NCBI GenBank assembly: GCA_033549025.1
Contig: JAWSUS010000002.1
Location: 192,001 to 256,000 of the forward strand
DNA length: 64,000 bases
Origin: Desulfuromonadales bacterium
Lineage (GTDB): Bacteria; Desulfobacterota; Desulfuromonadia; Desulfuromonadales; SZUA-540
Reading direction: 5' to 3'
In this document: positions 42,781 through 51,156 of the stretch, piece by piece
How the letters are laid out: each line of letters begins with the position of its first letter
How positions within the stretch are numbered: the stretch's first letter is position 1
Notes under the pieces: model-generated
The model's input: only the letters and a program-made list of their open reading frames with translations
Database searches by the model: none
What the model was told of the DNA's origin: nothing
Translations under genes and position numbers: made by a program

Positions 42781-43092
42781 TTACGGCGACTCTTCTTCTG
42801 CAGGCTCTTCACCGATAACCAGGGCATAGCCTTCGATCAGGGCCTGGGCCGTTTTGCGGCGGGCGCTCGCCACCAGTCGCTGAACGGTGCCACGAGAGAT
42901 TCCCATGCGCCCCCCGGCATCCTCCTGCGTCAGACCGAGCCCGTCACAGAGATGGAGGGCTTCCAGTTCATCGTGGTGTAGAAAGAGCTGCGCCAACTCC
43001 TTCAGCGGAATGCCGGCCGGCTTGAACACCTGACTCACTTCACCCTGAAAAGGGCAGCTGCAGTTACGCGGTTTTTTACTCCGTGGCGACAT
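42781..43092 (-). CDS. DUF134 (UPF0251) helix-turn-helix protein
   Basis: MSPR.KK.R; FKPAGIP; DELEAL.L.D..GL.QE.A..MGISR.T..R....AR.K.A.AL. Confidence 0.92.
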   Translation of the reverse strand: MSPRSKKPRNCSCPFQGEVSQVFKPAGIPLKELAQLFLHHDELEALHLCDGLGLTQEDAGGRMGISRGTVQRLVASARRKTAQALIEGYALVIGEEPAEEESP

Positions 43093-43107
43093 GCGGCGTC
43101 CTTCCCC

Positions 43108-44103
43108 TTAGCCGGCGCACTTCTTTGGCTGTTTCTGCGCTGCGGCCGGGCCAAACACCCGGTCGGTATATTTGACGTACCAGGCCGCCGATTTAACCTG
43201 CACCACATAGGCCAGACTGATAACCAGAGCCGCCTCGGAACCCGCCGTCCCAAAGGCGTTGATGGCCACGGCCAGGGCGATGGAGAGGTTGCGCATGACC
43301 GTGCCGTAGACCATGGCGATGGCGTCTTCACGGGGGAGCAGCATCTTCCCAATCACCGTGCTGAGCACATAATTGAACAGGTATAGCAGCAGCAAAGGGA
43401 TAAAGATCGCCACCAACTGTTCGGGGTGGGCCGCCACCGCCCGGGCTTTGAGGGCCAGGGCGATAAAGACGATCCCCAGCACGCCCAGCACCGACAGGGA
43501 CGGGAAGAGCGGTGCCCAGGTGGTCTGAAAACGCTCCTGGCCGTAACGCCGGACGAGGGCGCGTTGGGTGAAATAACCGGCGATCATGGGCAGAAAGACC
43601 ATGAGCCCAATCTGCTTGAGAATACTCAGCAGTTCGACCTCGACCTGCGCTCCCATGAGGCCGCGCACGTAAAAAGGCGTAGCCAGAGAACCGACGATCA
43701 GCCCGACCACCGTCATCTTCACCGCCGCGGCCAAATTCCCCTTCGCCAGACCGGTCCAGGAGATGGTCATGCCGCTGGTCGGCACCAGAGCCGCCAGCAG
43801 CAGACCGAGGGCCAGGTAGGGGCTGTTTGGAAAGAACAGCTGGCCAAAGCCGAAGGCCACAAAAGGGATGATGGCGAAATTAACCACCTGGGTCAGCACC
43901 TGGGCCTTGGTATCCCCCCCCTCAAGCACCTTGCGGATCTTCAGGGTCACCATCATCGGGTAGACCATGAGAAAGGTGAAAGGGAGAATCAACGCCTTCA
44001 GAGGCCCCGCCTCCGCCAGGAGGCCATAGACGAAACCGGCGACCATCATCACCGGAATGGCGATGACCAGATTTTTACTGATCTTGTTCAACAGATTCCA
44101 CAT
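43108..44103 (-). CDS. ACR3/bile acid:Na+ symporter-family transporter
   Basis: About 10 TM helices; MVYPMM; PTSGMTISWTGLAKGN; RNLSIALAVA. Confidence 0.85.
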   Translation of the reverse strand: MWNLLNKISKNLVIAIPVMMVAGFVYGLLAEAGPLKALILPFTFLMVYPMMVTLKIRKVLEGGDTKAQVLTQVVNFAIIPFVAFGFGQLFFPNSPYLALGLLLAALVPTSGMTISWTGLAKGNLAAAVKMTVVGLIVGSLATPFYVRGLMGAQVEVELLSILKQIGLMVFLPMIAGYFTQRALVRRYGQERFQTTWAPLFPSLSVLGVLGIVFIALALKARAVAAHPEQLVAIFIPLLLLYLFNYVLSTVIGKMLLPREDAIAMVYGTVMRNLSIALAVAINAFGTAGSEAALVISLAYVVQVKSAAWYVKYTDRVFGPAAAQKQPKKCAG

Positions 44104-44124
44104 GAATTGCCACTCTTCCTTCCT

Positions 44125-44538
44125 CTACTTGCGTGCCTCTTCCAGTATTTCCCGTATTTCCCTAAAGCTCTGATCAAGGGAAGTCTAAAACTCGTCATCC
44201 TCGACCAGGGCCGCCACCAGTTCCCGGGCGTAACTGAGAAAGCGGATCTGAGTCTTGCCTTCTTTGGTGAAGGTCATGATGAACTTGGGCATCAGCACCG
44301 CCCGCTCCGGGTTTTTCCGCAGACTCTGAGCGGCCCGCGCCGGCTTGCAGATCTGAATCATGTGCAGATCAAAATCCTCGCCCACCTCCAGCCCATGGGC
44401 ACTGAAGGTATGCGCCATGGCCATTTTATCCTCATTGTGGATGGTAAAACCCCGCCGACCGGCGGCCAGGGCCAGATCCTCCACGAAAAGGGGGAGCTTC
44501 TTGTCCGTTTCCGCTTTGTACAAGGTTGCCTGAGTCAT
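44125..44538 (-). pseudogene. DUF302-like protein interrupted by an in-frame TAG at 44185-44187 (nonsense allele, read-through or sequencing error)
   Basis: The ORF stops at ..LVEDDEF* but continues in frame as TSLDQSFREIREILEEARK* to 44125. IQICKP..A...L...P motif typical of DUF302. Confidence 0.65.
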
Positions 44539-44565
44539 GGATTTCGTCACCTTTTGTAATCGATT

Positions 44566-44952
44566 CTAGTGTTCGTGTCCACAGCCGTGACCCTGGCCAT
44601 GGCCACCGCAGGTTCCCTGCAGGGTCAACTCGGGCAGGTTGTCTTCGCGCAGACAGGCGAGGTTGTCGGCCACCGTCACCCCTTGTGCCTGGAAAACCTT
44701 GAGGCCAGCGCGGTTCAGGCCCATGAGAGCACCGCTGCCGATACCGCCGACGACAATGGCGTCCACCTGCTGCCCGCCGAGGGCCCTGAGCGGCCGGCAC
44801 TGACCGTGCACATGATCTTTGTCACCGTTGTCCACGGCCTCCACGGCACGGCTCTCCGTATCGACGACCACGAACAGGGGGGCCGAACCGAAATGGCCAA
44901 AGACCACACTCTCCATCCCTTCATTACTCTCTACCGGAAAACAGATTTTCAT
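44566..44952 (-). CDS. NifB/NifX-like (FeMo-co-binding family) protein with His/Cys tail
   Basis: MKICFP..V.GHFGSAP.F; VDAIVVGGIG.GA; tail CGGHGQGHGCGHEH; ATG 44952 with AAGGAGG. Confidence 0.9.
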   Translation of the reverse strand: MKICFPVESNEGMESVVFGHFGSAPLFVVVDTESRAVEAVDNGDKDHVHGQCRPLRALGGQQVDAIVVGGIGSGALMGLNRAGLKVFQAQGVTVADNLACLREDNLPELTLQGTCGGHGQGHGCGHEH

Positions 44953-44974
44953 GGCGTACCTCCTTGAGCTGTTT

Positions 44975-45015
44975 TGTGCATATGCACATTTAAACCGAGT
45001 CGCCATGATTGTCAA
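44975..45015 (-). promoter_or_regulatory. promoter with overlapping perfect palindromic operator TGTGCATATGCACA
   Basis: -35 TTGACA at 45010-45015 (minus strand); 14-bp palindrome at 44975-44988 over the -10/start region. Confidence 0.75.
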
Positions 45016-45100
45016 CAGCTTTTTCACCTGGATTAGTGTATTTTTGATTAAAAGAATTGCTGCACTTTATACCGTGCTTTAACGTTCGAGGGAATCCTCT

Positions 45101-45188
45101 TCGAAAAAACCTATCGCCCGACCCCAAAAAAGACCCTGCCGCATAGACTTATTCTTCCCTATTACTTTTTTTACATAGGTTTTTTCGA
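45101..45188. promoter_or_regulatory. pair of 14-bp inverted repeats (LysR-type sites)
   Basis: TCGAAAAAACCTAT (45101-45114) and ATAGGTTTTTTCGA (45175-45188), each containing T-N11-A. Confidence 0.6.
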
Positions 45189-45220
45189 TAGGTGACATCG
45201 GCTGATGCCTCTGCTTTCTC

Positions 45221-45249
45221 TTGACGAACAATACCTTTCATGTCAGGAT
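45221..45249 (+). promoter_or_regulatory. sigma70-type promoter of the rhodanese operon
   Basis: TTGACG-N17-CAGGAT with an extended -10 TG. Confidence 0.5.
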
Positions 45250-45320
45250 GTGCCGTCGCTCACATTCCATATCACTGCGGGCCTGGCCCGACCTGTCTCA
45301 TTGACGAAAGGAGTATCCTC

Positions 45321-45737
45321 ATGTTCAAACGCCTCACGATGACCCTCGCACTTACCCTGCTCCTGACCGGCACTGCGCTGGCCACCAACATGATGGAAGA
45401 GGACGCGGTGAAAAACCTGCTGGAACAGGATAATGCCTTGATCCTGGTCGACATCCAACCCGCAGACGCCTTTGCCAAGGCGCATATTCGCGGCTCACTG
45501 GAAACCAACGCCTTCCCTGCCAAAACCACTGAAGAAAAGGCCCGGCTGGATCAGGTGCTGCCGGCGATCGAGACCTCCGACCTGCCCGTCGTGATCGTCT
45601 GCCCGCGAGGAAAAAGCGGCGCCAAAAACAGTTACGACTATCTGCTCTCCAAAGGGGTACCGGAAGACCGTCTCTACATCCTGGAGGGCGGCATGGCCGA
45701 CTGGCCCTTTGACGAACTGCTCGTAGAAGGCCGCTAA
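45321..45737 (+). CDS. exported single-domain rhodanese (sulfurtransferase)
   Basis: Signal peptide; LVDIQ..F...HI.GS; active-site loop CPRGKSG; LEGGM..W. Confidence 0.9.
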   Translation: MFKRLTMTLALTLLLTGTALATNMMEEDAVKNLLEQDNALILVDIQPADAFAKAHIRGSLETNAFPAKTTEEKARLDQVLPAIETSDLPVVIVCPRGKSGAKNSYDYLLSKGVPEDRLYILEGGMADWPFDELLVEGR

Positions 45738-45742
45738 CCTTC

Positions 45743-46822
45743 ATGGGGGCGGCTCAACCCGATAATCTGGGGGGTCTGTGGGAAGAGATGGCCATCCTCT
45801 GCACGTCCTGCGGCGTCTGCGTCACCCCCTGTGCTTTTCTGCGGCGCGAGGGGACGCCGGCAGAAATCTGCCGGCGACAACCGCCGGCGGATCAACTGGA
45901 CAAGGCCTACGACTGCTCCCTGTGCGGGCAGTGTGACGCCCTCTGTCCGGAAGGGCTGCGTCCCTCGGCTCTCTTTCTCGCCATGCGCCAGGCCCTGGTA
46001 CGACGCGGGGGTCTTGACACCAAAGCATACGCCGGCTGGCTGCGCTACGAAAGGCTCGGAAGCCACCCGCTCTTCCGTCGGCACCTCATTCCCCCGGGCT
46101 GCACCAGCGTCTTCTTCCCCGGCTGTTCACTCCCCGGCTCACGCCCCGAAGGGGTGCGCGACCTCTATCATCGCCTGCGCCAGCAGGATGCGTCCATCGG
46201 CCTCGTCCTTGACTGCTGCGGCAAAATCTCCCATGATCTCGGCCGCGAGGAGTACTTTACCGCCCTGTTCAACCGACTTGCCAACAGTTTGCTGGCGCGG
46301 GGTGTCCGCCGCGTCCTTACCGCCTGCCCCGGCTGCAGCAAAATATTCCGGCACGCCGACTCACCCTTCGAGGTAAAAAGCGCGTACGAAGTGTTGGCAG
46401 CAGGAGCAGGGGAATCGACGATCAGGGAGACGGCACCGACGGTGGCTATCCACGACCCCTGTCCGGCCCGCTTTGACGCCGCCCAGCAGCAGGCGGTGCG
46501 CACCCTGGTAAGCCAAGCCGGCTGGCGCATCGAGGAATTGCCCGAAAGCGGCCGCACCACCCGCTGCTGCGGCCAGGGGGGAATGGTGGAAGGCAAACGA
46601 CCCGGCACGGTCAGCAGCGAGGCCCACCTCATCGCCGCCCAGGCCCAGGGACGCCCGCTGGTCACGTCCTGTGCTGCCTGCGCCCATGCCCTCGAACAGG
46701 CCGGCCCCGTCGCCCATGTCGCGGACCTCATGGCCGGCGGGACCGACTTTAGTCCCAAGGCGCCACCCTCGGCCGTCCGCTGGCTGAACCGCCTCGGACT
46801 GCGCCTGCGGAGGAGGCTATGA
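45743..46822 (+). CDS. Fe-S oxidoreductase with a 2x[4Fe-4S] domain and two CCG domains (GlcF/HdrD-like)
   Basis: CTSCGVC..PC; CSLCGQC...CP; FFPGC; CCG; ACPGC; HDPC; CCG.GG; SCAAC. Confidence 0.88.
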   Translation: MGAAQPDNLGGLWEEMAILCTSCGVCVTPCAFLRREGTPAEICRRQPPADQLDKAYDCSLCGQCDALCPEGLRPSALFLAMRQALVRRGGLDTKAYAGWLRYERLGSHPLFRRHLIPPGCTSVFFPGCSLPGSRPEGVRDLYHRLRQQDASIGLVLDCCGKISHDLGREEYFTALFNRLANSLLARGVRRVLTACPGCSKIFRHADSPFEVKSAYEVLAAGAGESTIRETAPTVAIHDPCPARFDAAQQQAVRTLVSQAGWRIEELPESGRTTRCCGQGGMVEGKRPGTVSSEAHLIAAQAQGRPLVTSCAACAHALEQAGPVAHVADLMAGGTDFSPKAPPSAVRWLNRLGLRLRRRL

Positions 46823-47469
46823 AACGTCTTTCCCTGCGCCTGTTTTTGCCTCTCCTGCTCATGCTGAATGTTGCCGGTTCCGCCCTGGCGGCAGACGGAT
46901 CCTATCGCTTCGGCAGCGACGAGATAATCGGCTGGGAAGTCAGGTCCTTTAAGGGAAATACGGATTATCGGCTGGTGGAGGAAGCGGGGCGCCGGGTTCT
47001 GCAGGCCAAGGCCAGGGGCACCGCCTCCGGCCTGGTGCGGAAGATCACCTTCGACCCTCGCGAATACCGCTACCTGCGCTGGTCCTGGAAAATCGAGGGC
47101 ACCGTCGCCGGCGGCGACGCCCGCACCCAAAAAGGGGATGACTACGCCGCCCGGGTCTACGTGGTCTTCCCCGGCCGTTTCTTCTGGCAGACCAAGGCTC
47201 TCAACTACGTCTGGGCCAACCGGTTGCCCCAGGGCGAGTTCACGCCCAACGCCTTCACCGCCAATGCCCGCCTGCTGGCCGTACAGTCCGGCGCCGCCAA
47301 GGCGGGACAGTGGCTTGACGAACGGCGTGACCTCGTGGCCGACTACCGTCGTCTTTTCGGGGAAGAGCCGCCCATGGCCGGAGCGCTGGCCATCATGACC
47401 GACGCCGACAACACCGGCGCCACCGCCACCGCCTGGTATGGCGACATCATCCTGTCGAAGAGCCCATGA
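46819..47469 (+). CDS. DUF3047 family exported protein
   Basis: Signal peptide; F.G.T.Y; L.WSWK; GDDYAARVYV.F; LNYVW; W..ERRDL..DY...FG; IMTDADNT. Confidence 0.9.
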   Translation: MKRLSLRLFLPLLLMLNVAGSALAADGSYRFGSDEIIGWEVRSFKGNTDYRLVEEAGRRVLQAKARGTASGLVRKITFDPREYRYLRWSWKIEGTVAGGDARTQKGDDYAARVYVVFPGRFFWQTKALNYVWANRLPQGEFTPNAFTANARLLAVQSGAAKAGQWLDERRDLVADYRRLFGEEPPMAGALAIMTDADNTGATATAWYGDIILSKSP

Positions 47470-48155
47470 AGTCCAGACACCTTCTCCTGCTGCTCGTCGC
47501 CGCCCTCCTCGCCGGCCTCTTTTTCGCCCTGGACCTGGGGCGTTTCCTCACCCTGGAAGCCCTGCAGGACAACCGGCAGCGCCTGCTCGTTGTCTACCGG
47601 GAGCATCCGCTGCTGACCGTCGCCGCTTTCATGGCCCTCTATATCGTGCAAAGCGCGCTCTCCCTGCCCGGCGCCATCATTTTCGCCCTGTCGGCCGGGG
47701 CCATTTTCGGCCCCTGGTGGGGGACCGTCTATGCCGTCACCGCCGCAACCATCGGCGCCACCCTCTGCTTTCTCGCCGTGCGCACTCTCTGGCACCGGCA
47801 GATCAGCGAACGCTTCGGCGCCCGCCTCGAAGGCCTCAACCGCGAACTGGAAGCGAGCGGTCTGGGTTACCTGCTCTTTGTGCGCCTCGTCCCCGTCTTC
47901 CCCTTCTTCCTTATCAACCTGGCGGCCGGGCTCACCCGCCTGCCGCTGCGCACCTTTGTGCTCGGCACGCTGGTGGGGATGCTTCCCGGCGGCTTTGTCT
48001 ACGTCAACGCCGGTGCCGGTCTGGCCTCTATCACCCGTGTGGGCGATATCGCCTCCCCCCGCGTCCTGGTTTCCCTCGCCCTCCTGGGCCTGCTCGCCCT
48101 CGTTCCCACCCTCTACACCCGTTTTAAAAACGGCCGGCGCCGAAACGCTGCTTGA
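47466..48155 (+). CDS. TVP38/TMEM64 (DedA/VTT) family membrane protein
   Basis: ALSLPGA....L.AGAIFG; ATIGAT..F; RLVPVFPFFLINLAAGLT; GMLPG. Confidence 0.92.
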   Translation: MKSRHLLLLLVAALLAGLFFALDLGRFLTLEALQDNRQRLLVVYREHPLLTVAAFMALYIVQSALSLPGAIIFALSAGAIFGPWWGTVYAVTAATIGATLCFLAVRTLWHRQISERFGARLEGLNRELEASGLGYLLFVRLVPVFPFFLINLAAGLTRLPLRTFVLGTLVGMLPGGFVYVNAGAGLASITRVGDIASPRVLVSLALLGLLALVPTLYTRFKNGRRRNAA

Positions 48156-48218
48156 CCTCCTGACAGATATCCGCTCTATCCATCCCGTCAGGACCAAGTG
48201 TGTTTTCTCTCCCCCTTC

Positions 48219-48254
48219 AAAAAAAATGGGCGCCCCGGAAGGGACGCCCATTTT
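48219..48254. terminator. bidirectional intrinsic terminator
   Basis: AAAAAAAATGGGCGCCCC-GGAA-GGGACGCCCATTTT between convergent genes. Confidence 0.85.
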
Positions 48255-48272
48255 GACGGACGGTGTTTGCGC

Positions 48273-50198
48273 TTACTGGCACTGATGCGGATAGGGGACG
48301 TTATCCACAAACTGGCTGGCTTCGGGATCACAGGGACCGACCAGGTTCCGCTCGGGGCGGCTGAACGTGTGGCAGAAACTGCAGTCCATGCCGGGGCCTT
48401 TGCTGATATGGCCATGCATCCGCTCATGATTGCTCGGCAGGTTCTTCTCACGGTGGCACTGGCTGCAGATCTGCGCCTTGGGCCCCTTGAGCTGGTACCC
48501 CAGCGTGTCGAGCTTGCTGTCGACCTCGATCCCCCAGGCGCCGCTTTCATGACATTTGGCGCAGGAAACGGAGGTGGCCGGCGCCACGCCATGATTGATC
48601 AGCTGGTAGGTATCGGTGGTCACCCATTCGTAGGGCGTGGTGGCCGCATAGCCCTGATTCTGCAGGCCGCTTTCAATGGCCTCGATAACATCGCCGGTCG
48701 TCCCCAGATACACGAGGGTGTCGAGGGCAATGAGCTTGCGGTCGGCGGAGACCATCGGCTGATCGGCCGTCTTGTACTTGAAGGGATAGAGTTTGCCGTC
48801 ATGGATGTCTCCCAGCGGCCGGGAGGTCGGATAGGCGTTGGTCGTCGGATCCATCACGGCCACATCACCCAGCAGGTAGTTGTCCGAGAGCCTGTTCCAG
48901 AACCGGAGCTCCGGAACCAGGTTGGCAGCCTTCTCGAGATGGGGATGTCCGGGCCCGGTGAGTCCATCCGCCGGGCTGCCGTCATGGTGGAAGCGCCAAT
49001 CACGGTGGAGCTCGGTCTCGACCTTGGCATAGACATCCACGTGACAGGCCTGGCAGGACACCCGGGACACATGGCGGTCGGGCTCGTTGCGATTGCCGCT
49101 GGAGGCGTGGCCACTGCCGCTGTCCATCCCCGGATGGCATTCGGCCGTCGAACACTTGACCTCGGCGGCGAAATCCGTCACGCGCAGATCCGACCCTTTG
49201 CCCGTCACCTTGTGATCGATGAACTTATGGCAGCTCTGGCAGCTCAGGTTGGGCCCGAGCACGTTCATGTGCACATCGAAATTGGCGTCGTTGTTGGCGA
49301 TGGTGGCCATGGAGAGATCCCCGCGCTTGACCGCGTCGCCGCCCCCGGCATTGGCGTGACAGACCAGGCAGTTCTTGCGGGTCGGCTTGCCCAGGTTGCG
49401 CACAAAGCCGTCCAGGGTCGCCTGGGGCGTCTCTTCAGGCGGGGCCAGGGAACCATCGGCCAGCCGGGTGCGCACGGCCGCGTAATCCTCATTATGGCAC
49501 ATGAGGCAGTCGATATTCTCCGTTCCTACGCCGGCCGTATCGGGACGCATGCCGCGGCCAACGTGGCACTTCCCGCAGATTTTCCAGTCGCCGAGGATAT
49601 TGATACAGTAACTGTTCACCGAGTTGGTCAGTTTGCCCTGGGGGGTTCCGGGCTGGTTCACCATGTCAGGGGCCGCGCCAACCCACTGGTAGTGCACCGA
49701 ACCGAACATGCCACTGGCCTGGCTGCTGTGGCAGGAAAGGCAGTTGGCCGGGTAGTCGGACCAGGCCAGATTGGCGTGCGTTCCCCCGCCCGTGGCACAG
49801 GCGGGATCTTCGGCGTCGATCAGGCCGTTGCAGTTGTCATCGATGCCGTTGTCACACACTTCGGACGAACCAGGATTGACCCCGGCCAGAGCATCGTTAC
49901 AGTCGGCCTGAGGGTAGGTGCAGCTGGCGTCGGCCGGAAAACCGTACCCGTCGCCGTCGCTGTCCGTACAGGTCGAATCGGCGCAACCTTCGTCGACTAC
50001 ACCGTCGCAGTTGTTGTCAACGCCATCAAAACAGATTTCCGCCGCGCCGGGATAGCTGAGCGGATCGCTGTCATTGCAATCGACATTGCTCCTGTAGCCG
50101 TCGCCATCGTCGTCCACAGGCTTTCCGGCCAGGACTCCGGTGGCGCCCATACTCAGCACCAGGCAGACAAAAGCCAGCATCAACATGAGTTTCTTCAT
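48273..50198 (-). CDS. multiheme (10 heme motifs) cytochrome c with an octaheme tetrathionate reductase-like core and N-terminal MopE-like Cys/Asp repeats
   Basis: Signal peptide; nine CxxCH plus one CxxxxCH (CSTAECH); OTR-like motifs SVHYQW, GK..NS.NSYC, PTRKNC..CH..GGGDAVK.GDL, DVHM, HGVAP; two DxDGDGY..DCND..PG..E.C.DG.DNNC.G repeats. Confidence 0.85.
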   Translation of the reverse strand: MKKLMLMLAFVCLVLSMGATGVLAGKPVDDDGDGYRSNVDCNDSDPLSYPGAAEICFDGVDNNCDGVVDEGCADSTCTDSDGDGYGFPADASCTYPQADCNDALAGVNPGSSEVCDNGIDDNCNGLIDAEDPACATGGGTHANLAWSDYPANCLSCHSSQASGMFGSVHYQWVGAAPDMVNQPGTPQGKLTNSVNSYCINILGDWKICGKCHVGRGMRPDTAGVGTENIDCLMCHNEDYAAVRTRLADGSLAPPEETPQATLDGFVRNLGKPTRKNCLVCHANAGGGDAVKRGDLSMATIANNDANFDVHMNVLGPNLSCQSCHKFIDHKVTGKGSDLRVTDFAAEVKCSTAECHPGMDSGSGHASSGNRNEPDRHVSRVSCQACHVDVYAKVETELHRDWRFHHDGSPADGLTGPGHPHLEKAANLVPELRFWNRLSDNYLLGDVAVMDPTTNAYPTSRPLGDIHDGKLYPFKYKTADQPMVSADRKLIALDTLVYLGTTGDVIEAIESGLQNQGYAATTPYEWVTTDTYQLINHGVAPATSVSCAKCHESGAWGIEVDSKLDTLGYQLKGPKAQICSQCHREKNLPSNHERMHGHISKGPGMDCSFCHTFSRPERNLVGPCDPEASQFVDNVPYPHQCQ

Positions 50199-50306
50199 TA
50201 ACCTCTCCTCCATTGTTCATTTGGGGGGAATAATTCCCCGGATAGCGTTGGGCCGGTCGGCATCGCAAACAATCGCCGGCGGCCGGTGAAGTTTCCACCC
50301 GCTAGG

Positions 50307-50323
50307 AGCACTGTTGATGCCAA
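50307..50323 (-). promoter_or_regulatory. sigma54 (-24/-12) promoter of the multiheme cytochrome
   Basis: Minus strand TTGGCATCAACAGTGCT, i.e. GG-N10-GC, about 110 bp upstream of the start codon. Confidence 0.7.
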
Positions 50324-50529
50324 AATCGGTGAAGAGGTTTTAACGGCGCTGTTGGCTCACTAAAAAGCCGTCTGATTTACTGGGGTTTGCTGAAGCAGAA
50401 AAAATGATTAAGCCCGTCTAAGTTGCCGAAATTTAGAGCCTTTTAACCCAGGACAGGTTCGATCCCGGCGGGTGTATTCGTCCAAGGTCAAATCACGGGC
50501 ATAACTGCCGCGATTTGACTCTCTCTGAT

Positions 50530-51156
50530 CTATACCTCTTGCCTTCTCCCCGCCTTAAACCGTTTTAAAAGGTAATAGGCTTCGCGATCTCTCTCACCGA
50601 GGCTTTGTGAGATGGTGCGGATGTGCCCGTCAATCTCGGGCATGACCCTTTCCTCCAGCACCCGGATCCGGCGCGTCAGGCGCAGCAGCTCCTCGCCCAG
50701 GCGTTTCAATTTGCCCTCGTAGGAAGCCTGTTCCAGCATTTCCGCCAGGATCGATTCAAACCCGTGAATGGCTTCTTCCAGGTGAACGGTGGTCTGGGAA
50801 TAGTCGTAGGACCGCTGCGGCGGCGACCGGACCGGGGATCGGGTCGCCCGAACCTCCCGGTAGCGCAAGCCCAGGATATTGCCGGGCTCCACGGTCACGC
50901 CGAGATCCTGACGGCTGTCGCCGAGTAGCGAATCCAGCTCACCGGCTTCCTCGTTCCCCAGGCTGAGCCACAGTTCCTGCAACGCGCGCCGGTAGGTCTC
51001 CCGCAGGGCCTGACGGCTCTCCAGCAGCGGCGTGGCCGTGGCCAGGAGCTCGCGGATCAGGGCCTGACGTCGCCCCTTGAGAATGGCGACACTGCCGCCG
51101 ACGGCCCGACGCCTGTCCTTAAGCCGCAGCATCTCGGTCCGGGTAGGGGGGATCAT
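50530..51156 (-). CDS. atpD: V/A-type ATPase subunit D
   Basis: PTRTE.L.LK.R......LK.RR.AL; RRIRVLE...P; last gene of the operon (V/A-type nomenclature). Confidence 0.9.
   Translation of the reverse strand: MIPPTRTEMLRLKDRRRAVGGSVAILKGRRQALIRELLATATPLLESRQALRETYRRALQELWLSLGNEEAGELDSLLGDSRQDLGVTVEPGNILGLRYREVRATRSPVRSPPQRSYDYSQTTVHLEEAIHGFESILAEMLEQASYEGKLKRLGEELLRLTRRIRVLEERVMPEIDGHIRTISQSLGERDREAYYLLKRFKAGRRQEV

Noticed and set aside
42359..44952. Nitrogen-fixation cluster (NifU- and NifX-like genes)
   Set aside because: No nifHDK, nifEN or radical-SAM nifB in the window; these families are common outside diazotrophy.
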